From contig OZ245798.1 of the NCBI GenBank assembly GCA_965228135.1, positions 139,496 through 203,495 of the forward strand: a DNA stretch of 64,000 bases. The letters are read 5' to 3'. Position 1 is the stretch's first letter, and every line of letters begins with the position of its first letter. A program made the translations under genes and the position numbers. Under the pieces are notes generated by a model. That model was not told where the DNA came from. It did not search any database and saw only the letters and a list, made by a program, of their open reading frames with translations. This document shows, piece after piece, positions 10,243 through 20,916 of the stretch. This DNA comes from Tagaea sp. (lineage in GTDB: Bacteria > Pseudomonadota > Alphaproteobacteria > CACIAM-22H2).

Positions 10243-11289
10243 ATGAGCAAGAAGGGCGCCGCATCGGGTAGTTTCGGCGCCGGCCCGCAGAGCTTCCCCC
10301 GCATGGCGGAGGTGGCGAAGCTGGCCGGCGTCACCGTCATGACCGTGTCGCGCGCTTTGCGCAGCCCGGAGAAGGTGGCGCCCGACACGCTGAAGCGTAT
10401 CCGTGCCGCGATCGATAAGACGGGCTATGTGCCCAACGCGCTCGCGGGCGCCTTGTCGGCGGGCGGCGGCGGCAAGACGATCACCGCCCTGATCCCGACC
10501 GTGCAGCACGCGATCTTCGCCGATACGATCACCGGCCTGTCGGCGGCGTTGCGCCCCGAAGGCTATCACCTTGTGTTGGGCGAGACGGGGTATCTGAGCG
10601 AGGAGGAAGACGCGCTGGTCGCGGCGTTCCTCGCCCGTCGCCCCGAAGGATTTCTGCTGACCGGCGTCACGCGTTCGCCGCGCACGCGCGACTTGTTGAA
10701 ACGCGCGGGCGTGCCGGTCGTCGAGACTTGGGAATTGACCAATTCGCCGGTCGACATGGTCGTCGGCTATTCCAACGAGAAGGCCGCGCACGAGATGACC
10801 GCCTGGCTCGCGGGGCGCGGCTATAAGCGCATCGCCTTCGTCAGCGGGCCGTCGCGCACCAACGAACGCGCGCGGCGACGGGAAGTCGGTTACCGCCGCG
10901 CGCTCAAGGAACTGGGCTTGCCCGCGCTGAAGATCTTCACCGTCGGTGCGCCGGCCGCGCCCCAGGTCGAAGACGGCGCCGCAATTCTTCCCGAGGTGTT
11001 GGCCGAGAAGCCCGACGCGATCTTCTTCACCAGCGACATCTACGCGGTGGGCGCGATCCAGGAAGCCAAGAAACGCGGCATCGCCGTGCCGAAAGATCTT
11101 GGGATCGCGGGCTTCCACGATCTCGCCATCGCGACGGTGATCGAGCCGAAGCTCACGACCGTCCATGTGCCCGGCCGCGAAATCGGCTATATCGCGGGGC
11201 GGAATATCCTTGCGCGTATCCGGGGCGAACCCGCGCCGCAATTGAGCGCGATCCCCTTTGCGATCGTGGCGCGCGACAGCACGAAATAG
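10243..11289 (+). CDS. LacI-family regulator (E. coli GntR-like)
   Basis: HTH MAEVAKLAGVTVMTVSRALR, GYVPNALA, C-terminal sugar-binding domain. Confidence 0.9.
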   Translation: MSKKGAASGSFGAGPQSFPRMAEVAKLAGVTVMTVSRALRSPEKVAPDTLKRIRAAIDKTGYVPNALAGALSAGGGGKTITALIPTVQHAIFADTITGLSAALRPEGYHLVLGETGYLSEEEDALVAAFLARRPEGFLLTGVTRSPRTRDLLKRAGVPVVETWELTNSPVDMVVGYSNEKAAHEMTAWLAGRGYKRIAFVSGPSRTNERARRREVGYRRALKELGLPALKIFTVGAPAAPQVEDGAAILPEVLAEKPDAIFFTSDIYAVGAIQEAKKRGIAVPKDLGIAGFHDLAIATVIEPKLTTVHVPGREIGYIAGRNILARIRGEPAPQLSAIPFAIVARDSTK

Positions 11290-11336
11290 ATATCGTAAGG
11301 GACAGGGAACCAAGTCCTCCCCGAAAGTGTCCCCAC

Positions 11337-11741
11337 ATGAATATTTTCCGTCAGATCGCCGCGATGCCGCAGATCGCCCTTGTCGGCCGCGTTTTGTTGA
11401 CCTTGCCGTTCTGGTCGAGCGGCATCGCGAAGCTGGTCGATTTCGCCGGCGCCACGGCCGAGATGGCGCATTTCGGTCTCGCGCCGGCGGCGTTGTTCGC
11501 GGCCGCGACGATCGCCGTGCAGATCGGCGGGTCCGCGGCCGTGATCTTCGATCGTTATACGTGGCTGGGGGCGGGCGCGCTGAGCGTGTTCACCGTCTTC
11601 GCCAATGCGGTCGCGCATCGCTTCTGGGAAATCGACGATCCCGTGGCGCGCTTCCACGACATGGCGCAATTCATCACCAATGTGGCGATGATCGGCGGCT
11701 TCATCCTGGCGGCGGCATTGGCCGAACGCCGCGCGGCATGA
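11337..11741 (+). CDS. DoxX family membrane protein
   Basis: FWSSGIAKL, AHRFW and four TM segments. Confidence 0.85.
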   Translation: MNIFRQIAAMPQIALVGRVLLTLPFWSSGIAKLVDFAGATAEMAHFGLAPAALFAAATIAVQIGGSAAVIFDRYTWLGAGALSVFTVFANAVAHRFWEIDDPVARFHDMAQFITNVAMIGGFILAAALAERRAA

Positions 11742-13330
11742 CCGGCGCCACCGACGTCGCGCCGAAAGGCCCGCTCGCCACGCCGCTGTTCCGCGCGTTG
11801 TGGATCGCGACCATCGTGTCGAATATCGGTACTTGGATGAACGATGTCGGCGCGGCGTGGTTGATGACGTCGTTGTCGCCAAGCCCGTTATGGGTCGCGA
11901 TGGTGCAATCGGCGACGACACTGCCGATCTTTCTGTTCGCGCTGCCGGCGGGCGCGCTGGCCGACGTGGTCGATCGGCGCAAGCTGCTGATCGGCTCGCA
12001 GGCGTTGACGCTGGTCGGGGCGGCGGGTCTGACCGCCGCGACCTATTTCGGTCTGATCACCGCCCCCTTGCTGCTGGTTTTCACCGCGATCATGGGATTG
12101 GGGGCGGCGTTGAGTGCGCCGGCTTTCCAATCGATCGTGCCCGAACTCGTCGATAAACGCGTGCTGCCCGACGCGGTCACGCTCAACGGGTTGGGCATCA
12201 ATATCGCGCGGGCGATCGGCCCGGCCTTGGGCGGATTGATCGTCGCGGCGGCCGGGCCGGCGGCCGTGTTCGGCCTCAACGCGCTGTCGTTCCTCGCGGT
12301 CATGTTCGTGTTGATGGCATGGAAGCGGCCGCCGCAGACCGGCCATTTGCCGCCCGAACATTTCTTCGGCGCGATGCGTGCGGGCTATCGCTATGCGCGC
12401 CATGCGCCCGAATTGCAGACCGTGCTGCTGCGCGCGGCGGCGTTCTTCCTTTTCGCCAGCGCTTTGTGGGCGCTGCTGCCGCTGGTCGGGCGGCGCGAAT
12501 TGGGATTGAGCGCGGCGGGCTACGGCGCGTTGCTCGGCTGCATGGGGCTTGGCGCGGTCGTCGGCGCCTTCGCGCTGAAACCCTTGCGCAAATTCGTCGA
12601 CGCCAACGCGTTGTCGCTCGTCGGCTCGCTGCTTTTCGCGGCGGCGACATTGGGCTTGGCTTTGGCGAAGGATGCGTATTTCGCGGGCGGCGTGATGGCG
12701 CTGGCGGGGCTCGCCTGGATCGCGATGCTCGCAAGCCTCAACGTCGCGGCGCAAACCGCGGTGCCGAGCTGGGTCAAGGCGCGGGCACTTTCCATCTATC
12801 TGCTCGTCTTCCAAGGTTCGATGGCGGCGGGCTCGTTGATCTGGGGCGGGCTCGCGCTGCGCATCGATATCGCCGGCGCACTGACCGTGGCCGCCGTCGC
12901 GCTGGTCTTGGCGACGGGGCTCGGTTTGCGTTTCAAGCTGCGCGCGGCGACGGCGCTGAACCTGGCGCCCTCGGGTCATTGGGCGGAGCCGATCGTCGCG
13001 GCGGAAGTGACTCCCGAAGATCGCGGGCCGGTGATGGTGTCGATCGAATACCGGATCGATCCCGCCCAAGCCGCCGAGTTCGCGCGCGCCTTGGCCAAGC
13101 TGAAGCGCGTGCGCAAACGCGACGGGGCGTTGTCCTGGCACGTGTTCCAGGACGCGGCGGACCCGAGCGCGATGACCGAATGCTTCGTGCTGCCGAGTTG
13201 GCTCGAGCATTTGCGCCAGCACGAACGGGTGACGCATGACGACCGGCTGACCCAGGCGGATATTCAGCGTTTCCATATCGCGGATACGCCGCCGGTCGTG
13301 CGGCATCTGATCGCGCCGCCGAAACAATAG
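11738..13330 (+). CDS. MFS transporter with C-terminal soluble extension
   Basis: SNIGTWM, GALADVVDRRKLL, about 12 TM helices, and a tail GPVMVSIEY...SWLEHLRQHER. Confidence 0.88.
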   Translation: MTGATDVAPKGPLATPLFRALWIATIVSNIGTWMNDVGAAWLMTSLSPSPLWVAMVQSATTLPIFLFALPAGALADVVDRRKLLIGSQALTLVGAAGLTAATYFGLITAPLLLVFTAIMGLGAALSAPAFQSIVPELVDKRVLPDAVTLNGLGINIARAIGPALGGLIVAAAGPAAVFGLNALSFLAVMFVLMAWKRPPQTGHLPPEHFFGAMRAGYRYARHAPELQTVLLRAAAFFLFASALWALLPLVGRRELGLSAAGYGALLGCMGLGAVVGAFALKPLRKFVDANALSLVGSLLFAAATLGLALAKDAYFAGGVMALAGLAWIAMLASLNVAAQTAVPSWVKARALSIYLLVFQGSMAAGSLIWGGLALRIDIAGALTVAAVALVLATGLGLRFKLRAATALNLAPSGHWAEPIVAAEVTPEDRGPVMVSIEYRIDPAQAAEFARALAKLKRVRKRDGALSWHVFQDAADPSAMTECFVLPSWLEHLRQHERVTHDDRLTQADIQRFHIADTPPVVRHLIAPPKQ

Positions 13331-13345
13331 TCGTCGCGGCGTCGG

Positions 13346-14260
13346 CTATGCTTTGGCTGCGTAGGTCGAAAGGCGTGTTCGAAGGATCGAGAGCATCTCG
13401 TCGCGCACGGGATCGCGCGAACCACGCAACCACGCGGCGGCGAGCGGCAACAAGCGGAGCGGTGCTACGGCATCGACGACGAGCGGAACGAATCTGACGC
13501 CAGTCGCGCCAAGCCGCGCCGCCGAGCGTGGAACGATCGCCAGCCCCAATCGCGCGGCGACAAGCCCCAGAATAGTTTGTTTCTCCTCGGCCACTTGGAC
13601 GATGTGCGGACGCAGCCCGGTTTGGGCGAATAGTTTGATCGTCAAATCATGGCTGTGCGGGCGCGAGCGCCGATCCGGCACGATCAGCGGCTGATCGGCG
13701 AGCGCGCCGATCCCGATGCGCCGTCGCCGGGCGAGGGCGTGACGGACGGGCACGGCGACGACCGGCGTCTCGTGGAACAGCATCGTATGTTCGATGCGGC
13801 GGTCCATCTGTCCCGGCGGGCGTATTAGCGCGAGATCGAGACGGCCGGAGAGAAGGCGCGGCAAAAGCCGGATCGTCTTGTCCTCGGTCAACTGCACGAC
13901 GACGTCGGGCCGGCGTTTGCGGAAATCGTGCAGTAGGTCGGGCACCAGACCGGCGGCGGCCGTATCGATGGCGCCGATCTTCAACGTGAAGCCGGGACGG
14001 CGCGCGCGTTCGCGCAGACCGCGCGCCAGCGCATCCGCGCGCGCGAGAATATCCTGTGCGCCTTCCAGCATGGCGACTCCGTCGGGCGTCAGCGCGACGC
14101 TGCGCGTGGTGCGCAGCAGGAGCCGCACGCCCAGATCCTCCTCCAACTGGCGGATCCGGCGGCCGAGGGCGGCGGGCAGAATTTCCAGACGGCGCGCCGC
14201 GCGGCCGAAATGGAGTTCCTCCGCGACCGCCGCGAAGCAGCGCATTTGATCGAGTTCCAT
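13346..14260 (-). CDS. LysR-family regulator
   Basis: N-terminal HTH (EELHFGRAA...IRQLEEDLG); divergent from the Bug-tartrate dehydrogenase genes. Confidence 0.9.
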   Translation of the reverse strand: MELDQMRCFAAVAEELHFGRAARRLEILPAALGRRIRQLEEDLGVRLLLRTTRSVALTPDGVAMLEGAQDILARADALARGLRERARRPGFTLKIGAIDTAAAGLVPDLLHDFRKRRPDVVVQLTEDKTIRLLPRLLSGRLDLALIRPPGQMDRRIEHTMLFHETPVVAVPVRHALARRRRIGIGALADQPLIVPDRRSRPHSHDLTIKLFAQTGLRPHIVQVAEEKQTILGLVAARLGLAIVPRSAARLGATGVRFVPLVVDAVAPLRLLPLAAAWLRGSRDPVRDEMLSILRTRLSTYAAKA

Positions 14261-14268
14261 GCCGGATT

Positions 14269-14291
14269 ATTATATCGATAAAATATATAAT
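14269..14291. promoter_or_regulatory. AT-rich inverted repeat, probable LysR site
   Basis: ATTATAT-N9-ATATAAT immediately upstream of the LysR start. Confidence 0.5.
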
Positions 14292-14378
14292 GAAATAGAG
14301 ATTGTTATGTCGGGCGGTACCGCCTTCAATGCTCGAAGAGCCAGGGCGGCGCACGCCCGGAAAAAGGGAGGACCGGCC

Positions 14379-15362
14379 ATGGGATTCAACTTGAAAACGG
14401 CGGCAATCGCGGCGCTCGCGGCACTCGGCATCGTCACCTCCGCTTTCGCGCAAGGTGCGTTCCCCAATCGTCCGATTACGTTGATCGTGCCGACCGCAGC
14501 CGGCGGTCCGACCGATACGGTCGCCCGATTGATCGCGGAATCGATGTCGCAGAGTCTGGGACAAAGCGTCGTAATCGAAAATCTCAGCGGCGCGGGCGGC
14601 TCGACCGGCATGGGGCGTCTCGCGCAACGTCCGGCCGACGGCTACACGATCGCGATCTGGCATATCGCGCACGCGACATCGCCCGCACTCTACGACAATC
14701 TACGCTACGATCCGGTGGCCGATTTCGACCATATCGGCCGCATCACCGACGTGCCGATGTCCCTGGTCGGAAAATCGGGCGTGCCGGCGAAGGATGTCGG
14801 CGAGTTGATCGCCTGGATCCGCAAGGAAAAGGACAACGTCACCTACGGCCATGCCGGCGTGGGGTCCGCCGCGCATTTGTGCTCGCTGATGCTGATGAAG
14901 GAATGGGGCGTGCAGATGCGCGGTATCGCCTATCGCGGCACCGGCCCGGCGATGAACGATCTGCTCGGCGGTCAGTTCGACTTCATGTGCGATCAAACGA
15001 CCAATACGGCGGGCATGATCAACGAAAATAGGATCAAAGGCTTCGCGGTAACGACCAAATTCAAGGTCGCGACGCTGCCGCAGCTGCCGACGCTGGATTC
15101 CGAGGCGATGCCCGGCTTCGAAGTTTCGGCATGGCATGCCATGTGGGCGCCGAAGGGATTGCCGGCGGACGTCGCGGCGAAACTGAACGGCGCTTTGAAG
15201 GTGGCGCTGAAAGACGCCAAAGTCTTGGATCGATTCACGGCGCTGGGCATCCAGCCCGTGCCCGAGGCGCAGCAGCACGGCGATGCGCTGCGCACGCATC
15301 TGGCGAACGAAGTGAAGCGCTGGGGTGAGGCGATCCGCGCCGCGGGCGTAAAAGGCAGCTAA
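14379..15362 (+). CDS. Bug/TctC tripartite tricarboxylate transporter substrate-binding protein
   Basis: Signal peptide; RPITLIVP...GGPTD, ADGYT and YRGTGPAMNDL motifs. Confidence 0.9.
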   Translation: MGFNLKTAAIAALAALGIVTSAFAQGAFPNRPITLIVPTAAGGPTDTVARLIAESMSQSLGQSVVIENLSGAGGSTGMGRLAQRPADGYTIAIWHIAHATSPALYDNLRYDPVADFDHIGRITDVPMSLVGKSGVPAKDVGELIAWIRKEKDNVTYGHAGVGSAAHLCSLMLMKEWGVQMRGIAYRGTGPAMNDLLGGQFDFMCDQTTNTAGMINENRIKGFAVTTKFKVATLPQLPTLDSEAMPGFEVSAWHAMWAPKGLPADVAAKLNGALKVALKDAKVLDRFTALGIQPVPEAQQHGDALRTHLANEVKRWGEAIRAAGVKGS

Positions 15363-15384
15363 GTTTAGGGTTGAAAGCGACTCC

Positions 15385-15412
15385 GGGGCCGGCGGAGAGC
15401 CGGCCCCATTTT
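15385..15412 (+). terminator. Hairpin/terminator after the Bug gene
   Basis: GGGGCCGGC-GGAGA-GCCGGCCCC-ATTTT. Confidence 0.55.
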
Positions 15413-15436
15413 CGTGAAGCGGGCTAGGAACTGGTT

Positions 15437-16513
15437 ATGAAAACCTACAAGATCGCGGCAATTCCGGGCGACGGTATTGGCGGAGAAGTCGTTTCGGCGG
15501 GCGTCGAAGTTCTCGCCGCCATCGCCAAGCGCGACGGCAAATTCACCTTCGCCGTCGATCATTTCGATTGGGGCGGCGAGTACTACAAGCGCAATGGCCG
15601 CATGATGCCGGAAAACGGCCGCGACCTGATCCGCCAGCACGACGCCATTCTGTTCGGCTCGGCCGGGCATCCGGATATTCCCGATCACGTGACTTTGTGG
15701 GGCTTGCGCCTAGCGATCTGCCAGCCTTTCGATCAATACGCCAATGTGCGCCCGACGCGCATTCTGCCCGGAATCAAATCGCCGTTGCGCGATGTGGGGC
15801 CGGATCGGCTCGACTGGGTGATCGTGCGCGAGAATTCGGAAGGCGAATATGCGGGCGTGGGCGGGCGCGCCCATCAAGGCTCGCCGCTGGAAGTCGCGAC
15901 CGATGTCGCGATGTTCACGCGTGCCGGTGTCGCGCGCATCATGCGCTATGCGTTCAAGCTCGCGCGTTCGCGCCCGCGCAAGAAGCTGACGGTGGTGACC
16001 AAGTCCAACGCACAACGCCACGCGATGGTGATGTGGGACGAAATCGCGGCCGAGATCGCGGCGGAGTTCCCGGATGTCGCCTGGGACAAGATGCTGGTCG
16101 ATGCGATGACCATGCGCATGGTGATGAAGCCCGAGACGGTCGACACCGTCGTCGCGACCAATCTCCATGCCGATATCCTGTCGGATCTGGCGGCGGCATT
16201 GGCGGGATCGCTGGGTATCGCGCCGACAGCCAATCTCAACCCCGAGCGCGCATTCCCGTCGATGTTCGAGCCGATTCACGGCTCGGCTTTCGACATCATG
16301 GGCAAGGGGATCGCCAATCCGATCGGTACATTCTGGTCGAATGTGATGCTGCTCGAACATATCGGCGAGGCGGCTGCGGCTTCGCGCTTGATGAAGGCGA
16401 TCGAACGCGTGACGGCGAACCCGCGCTTCCACACGCCCGATCTGGGCGGCAAGGCACGCACGGTCGAGGTGACGGCGGCGGTGATCGACGCGATCGGCGC
16501 CGAGAACGCCTAG
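15437..16513 (+). CDS. ttuC: Tartrate dehydrogenase/decarboxylase (D-malate dehydrogenase family)
   Basis: PGDGIG, PDHVTLWGL, RENSEGEY, TKSNA and FEPIHGSA motifs. Confidence 0.85.
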   Translation: MKTYKIAAIPGDGIGGEVVSAGVEVLAAIAKRDGKFTFAVDHFDWGGEYYKRNGRMMPENGRDLIRQHDAILFGSAGHPDIPDHVTLWGLRLAICQPFDQYANVRPTRILPGIKSPLRDVGPDRLDWVIVRENSEGEYAGVGGRAHQGSPLEVATDVAMFTRAGVARIMRYAFKLARSRPRKKLTVVTKSNAQRHAMVMWDEIAAEIAAEFPDVAWDKMLVDAMTMRMVMKPETVDTVVATNLHADILSDLAAALAGSLGIAPTANLNPERAFPSMFEPIHGSAFDIMGKGIANPIGTFWSNVMLLEHIGEAAAASRLMKAIERVTANPRFHTPDLGGKARTVEVTAAVIDAIGAENA

Positions 16514-19500
16514 TCGGCGAGCGCGTTATCGGGCTGCGGCTTGGCGCGCCACGCTTTGGGCGTGAAGCGGTGCGTCCAGCGTGCGATATCGTCGATATAG
16601 AGATAGAGCACGGGCGTCATGAACAGCGTCAGCGTTTGGGAGGCGATCAGGCCGCCGACGACGGCGATACCCAAAGGCTGACGCAGTTCCGCACCCGCAC
16701 CGGCCCCGAGCGCGATGGGCAAGGCGCCCATCATCGCGGCCAGCGTGGTCATCATGATCGGCCGGAAGCGCATCAGGCAGGCGCGACGAATGGCGCTCAA
16801 CGGATCGCTGCCTTGGCGGCCGAGTTCGAGCGCCACGTCGATCATCATGATGGCGTTCTTTTTGACGATGCCGATCAGCATCAGCATGCCGATCACCGCA
16901 ATCACCGACAGATCCATGTCGAACAGCCTTAGCGAAATCAACGCGCCGATGGCGGCGGAGGGCAGGCCGGTCAGGATCGTCAGCGGATGGGCGAAGCTTT
17001 CGTAGAGAATGCCCAGCACGATATAGATCGTGGCGATCGCCGCCAAAATCAGAAGTCCTTGATTGGCGAGCGAGTCCTGGAACGTTTTCGCCGTGCCGGC
17101 GAAGGCCGTGGATATCGTCGCGGGCATGTTGAGTTCGGCTTTGACGCGGCCCAGCTCGTCGACCGCCTGACCGAGCGCCACGCCCGGCGGCAGGTTGAAC
17201 GAAATCGTCACGGCCGGCAGCTGGCCGAGCTGGTTGACCGTCAGCGGCCCGACCGTGCGCTCGACCCGCGCGAAGGCCCCGATGGGCACGAGCGCGCCGT
17301 TGCGGCTGCGCACCATCACTTCGGCGATGCGTTCGGGCGACCAATCGAAACGCGGATCGAATTCGATCAGCACCTGATAGGAATCGCCCGATTTGTAGAT
17401 CGTGGAGAGCTGGCGCGCGCCGAACCCCGAATAAAGGGCCGAGCGCAACGTATCGGTCGAAATGCCGAGATTGAACGCCTTGTCGCGATCGACGATCACG
17501 CTCGCCTGCAGCGCCTTGTTCTGCAGATCGGTCGCCACGTCGATGAAATGCCCGCGGTCGCGCCCCATCGCATCGGCGATGCGCGCGGCCCAGAGATTCA
17601 TCTGCTCCTGGTCGAGGCCTTGGACGACGAGCTGATATTGGCTGCTGGAACTGCGCGCGCCGATATTCAGGTTCTGCACCGGCGTCAGATAGGCGTTGAT
17701 GCCGGGCAGGCGCGCGAGTTGTGCGCGTAGCTCCGCGAGCATTTTCGGCAGCGGTGGACGGTCCTTCTTGGGCTTCAACTCGACGAATAAGCGCCCGGAA
17801 TTGAGCGAGGCGTTCGCCGCACCGCCGCCGCCCACGCTCCACGCGACATGCGCGACATAAGGCGATTTGCGCAAGACGTCGGCGACTTCGCCTTCCAATG
17901 CCGACATCGCGGCGAAGGATACGTCCTGGCGCGCCTCGGTCGACACCAGCAACTGGCCAATATCTTCCTGCGGGAAGAATCCCTTCGGCGTGGTCTGCAC
18001 CATGTAAATGGTACCGGCCATCGTCGCGAAGAAGGCGACCAGTACGATGCGTCGATGCGACAAGCACCAGCCGAGCCCGGCGTCGTAGCCGCGCAAGATC
18101 GCCGCGAATCCGCGCTCCAGCGTGCGGCCGATCGGCCCGTCCTGATGCGTGCCGGCACTATCGGGCAGGCGCGCGCACAGCATGGGCGTGAGGGTCAGCG
18201 ACACGAAGGCCGAGAGCAGGATCGCGACCGCCACCACGACGGCGAATTCGTTGAAGATGCGCCCGATCACGCCGCCCATCAGCAGCACGGGGATGAACAC
18301 CGCGACGAGCGAGATCGAGATCGACAAAATAGTGAAGCCGATCTCGCGCGAGCCTTCCAATGCGGCTTGGAAGGCGGATTTTCCTTCCTCCTCCATATGG
18401 CGCACGACGTTTTCGAGCATCACGATCGCGTCGTCGACGACCAAGCCGACGGCGAGCGTGAGGCCCAGCAGCGAGATATTGTCGATCGAGAAGCCGAACA
18501 GATACATCGTGCCGATCGTGCCGACGAGCGAGATGGGCACGGCGAGGGCCGGAATCAGCGTCGCCGAAACGCGCCGCAGGAAAATGAAGATCACCATCAC
18601 GACCAGCACGATGGTGATGCCGAGGGTGAACAACACGTCTTCCACCGCCGCGCGGATCGATGTCGAGCGGTCGTTCATCGGGACAAGCTCGGCCGAGCCC
18701 GGCAATTGCGCGCGGAAAGCTGGCAAAGCGGCGAGCACGCGGTCGACGACTTCGACCGTGTTGGCGTCGGGCTGACGCTGGATCGCCAGGATGATCGCGC
18801 GCGAGCCGTCGTACCAGCTCGCGGTCTGCGTGTTTTCGACGGAATCCACCACGCTCGCCACGTCGCCCAAGCGCACCGGGCGGCCGTTGCGCGTGGCGAT
18901 GATCACGTTTGAGAAACGTTCGGCGTTGTCGAGCTGGGTGCGCGCATCGACGATCACCTGCTGGCGATCGTTCTGCACCGTGCCGACCGGCGCGTTGGTG
19001 TTGGATGCGGTCACGGCGTTCTGCAACTCGTCGATGCCGATGCCGCGCGCGGCCAGCGCCGTGGGATCGATGCGGATGCGCACCGCGTATTTCTGCGTAC
19101 CGAAGATCTGCACCTGGGCGACGCCGTCGATGGTCGACAAGGCGGGCGAGATCACCTGCTGGGCGAAGGCGTCGAGATCGGATAGCGGCACGGTGTCGCT
19201 TTTGAGGGCGAGCAGCAGCACGGGCGCGTCGGCGGGATTGACCTTGCGATAGCTCGGCGGGTTGGTCATCTCCGTCGGCAATTGGCGTTGCGCGCGCGCG
19301 ATGGCGGCCTGCACGTCGGCGGCGGCGGCGTCGATATTGCGATTGAGGGCAAACTGAATCGCGATCGATGAATTGCCTTGCGAATTCACGGTCGAGATCG
19401 AATCGATCCCGGCGATGGTCGCGAATTGCTTGATCAGCGGCAATGCGACCGAGCTCGCCATCGTGGTCGGCGATGCGCCCGGCAATTGCGCGGAAACGTT

Positions 19501-19635
19501 CACCACGGGAAACTCGGCGCGCGGCAAGGCGGCGACCGGCAGGAAGCGATAGGCGAAGATGCCGCCCATCAGCAGCGAGACCGACATCAGGATCGTCGCG
19601 ACCGGATGCCGGATGCAGAAGGCGGAGATGTTCAT
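16510..19635 (-). CDS. RND efflux permease (MdtB/C-like)
   Basis: MNISAFCIRHPVAT start; GLVVDDAIVMLEN, GIVKKNAIMM and RFRPIMMTT motifs. Confidence 0.92.
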   Translation of the reverse strand: MNISAFCIRHPVATILMSVSLLMGGIFAYRFLPVAALPRAEFPVVNVSAQLPGASPTTMASSVALPLIKQFATIAGIDSISTVNSQGNSSIAIQFALNRNIDAAAADVQAAIARAQRQLPTEMTNPPSYRKVNPADAPVLLLALKSDTVPLSDLDAFAQQVISPALSTIDGVAQVQIFGTQKYAVRIRIDPTALAARGIGIDELQNAVTASNTNAPVGTVQNDRQQVIVDARTQLDNAERFSNVIIATRNGRPVRLGDVASVVDSVENTQTASWYDGSRAIILAIQRQPDANTVEVVDRVLAALPAFRAQLPGSAELVPMNDRSTSIRAAVEDVLFTLGITIVLVVMVIFIFLRRVSATLIPALAVPISLVGTIGTMYLFGFSIDNISLLGLTLAVGLVVDDAIVMLENVVRHMEEEGKSAFQAALEGSREIGFTILSISISLVAVFIPVLLMGGVIGRIFNEFAVVVAVAILLSAFVSLTLTPMLCARLPDSAGTHQDGPIGRTLERGFAAILRGYDAGLGWCLSHRRIVLVAFFATMAGTIYMVQTTPKGFFPQEDIGQLLVSTEARQDVSFAAMSALEGEVADVLRKSPYVAHVAWSVGGGGAANASLNSGRLFVELKPKKDRPPLPKMLAELRAQLARLPGINAYLTPVQNLNIGARSSSSQYQLVVQGLDQEQMNLWAARIADAMGRDRGHFIDVATDLQNKALQASVIVDRDKAFNLGISTDTLRSALYSGFGARQLSTIYKSGDSYQVLIEFDPRFDWSPERIAEVMVRSRNGALVPIGAFARVERTVGPLTVNQLGQLPAVTISFNLPPGVALGQAVDELGRVKAELNMPATISTAFAGTAKTFQDSLANQGLLILAAIATIYIVLGILYESFAHPLTILTGLPSAAIGALISLRLFDMDLSVIAVIGMLMLIGIVKKNAIMMIDVALELGRQGSDPLSAIRRACLMRFRPIMMTTLAAMMGALPIALGAGAGAELRQPLGIAVVGGLIASQTLTLFMTPVLYLYIDDIARWTHRFTPKAWRAKPQPDNALAD

Positions 19636-20768
19636 TTGCGCTCTCCCGCCGGGGCTTGGCCGATGCGCGTGACAGCACCGTCGCGCAAGCGGCCTTGACC
19701 TTCGATCACGACTTTCTCGCCGGAAGCCACACCTTTGCCGATCGCGGCTTGCGTTCCGTCGATCGCCGCCACGCTCACTTGGCGCATCGCCGCTTTGCCG
19801 TCGTCGCCCACGACGAACACATAGGGCCCATTCTGGCCTTGCTGGATCGCGGGCGAGGGGATGACGACCGCTTTGGCGATGATTGCCGCGTCGAGTTCGA
19901 CATCGACATATTGGCCGGGCCAAAGATGCTGATCGTCGTTGGCGAAGATCGCCTTGACCGAGATCGTGCCCGAGGGCGCATCGACGCTGGAATCGAGGAA
20001 GTTGAGCTGGCCCGAAACGGGGGCCGCGTTGGCGGGCGTGGCGCGCACGGTTGCCGGTGAGGTTTGCGCCATCAAGCCACGCAGCGTCGGCAATTCGCGT
20101 TCGGGCAGGGAGAAGGCGACGCGGATCGGCGTGACCTGGGTGATCGTCGCCAACGCGGTCGTCGCATTCGCGCTGACGAGATTGCCGGGCACCACCGGAA
20201 TGGCGCCGACACGGCCCGCCATGGGGGCAAGGATGCGGGTATAGGAAAGCTTCAGCCGATCGACCGAAAGGGCGGCCTGATCGGCCTCCACCGTCGCGGC
20301 GGCGGCCTTGGCGTCGGCGGTTGTTTGATCGACCGAGACTTGCGTGCCGACATTGCGCGCGGCGAGTTCCTTGGCGCGGGCATTGTCCGTCTGCGCCTTT
20401 TGCAGCAGCGCTTGATCCTTCGCCAGCACGGCTTCGTCGCGCGCCATCTGGGCGCGGATGTCGCGATCGTCGAGCACGAACAGCAGATCGTCCTTTTTGA
20501 CGAACTGGCCTTCGCGCACATGCTGTTCGAGGATTTGGCTGTCGATGCGCGAACGCACCGTGACGATCGCGGGGGATTCGACCAGGCCGATCGCGCGTTT
20601 CTTGATCGTCACGTCGCGCGTCGCCGCCGGCACGACCGCGACCGTCACCGGCGGGGCGTCCGGCCGGCGGGGGGCGGCGTCGTTCGTGCCGTTCGAGCTA
20701 TGGAGCCAATAGGCGCCCGCACCCGCCACGAGAAGGACGGCGACGATGCCGACAAAACGATTCTTCAT
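19632..20768 (-). CDS. RND periplasmic adaptor (MdtA-like)
   Basis: N-terminal TM anchor; EGQFVKKDDLLF and LWPGQYV motifs. Confidence 0.9.
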   Translation of the reverse strand: MKNRFVGIVAVLLVAGAGAYWLHSSNGTNDAAPRRPDAPPVTVAVVPAATRDVTIKKRAIGLVESPAIVTVRSRIDSQILEQHVREGQFVKKDDLLFVLDDRDIRAQMARDEAVLAKDQALLQKAQTDNARAKELAARNVGTQVSVDQTTADAKAAAATVEADQAALSVDRLKLSYTRILAPMAGRVGAIPVVPGNLVSANATTALATITQVTPIRVAFSLPERELPTLRGLMAQTSPATVRATPANAAPVSGQLNFLDSSVDAPSGTISVKAIFANDDQHLWPGQYVDVELDAAIIAKAVVIPSPAIQQGQNGPYVFVVGDDGKAAMRQVSVAAIDGTQAAIGKGVASGEKVVIEGQGRLRDGAVTRIGQAPAGERK

Positions 20769-20916
20769 AACGGAACTCCGGAGGTCTTGTTCCACTACGA
20801 TTTGCGACCGGATTGCGGCGTCCGCGAGGCCCGGTCACGTCACGTTACTTGTTTGCGATTTGATTCCGAAATGGGCGAGACTTCATCCCCGCTTCAGCTT
20901 CAGCGTGCCGATCGAC

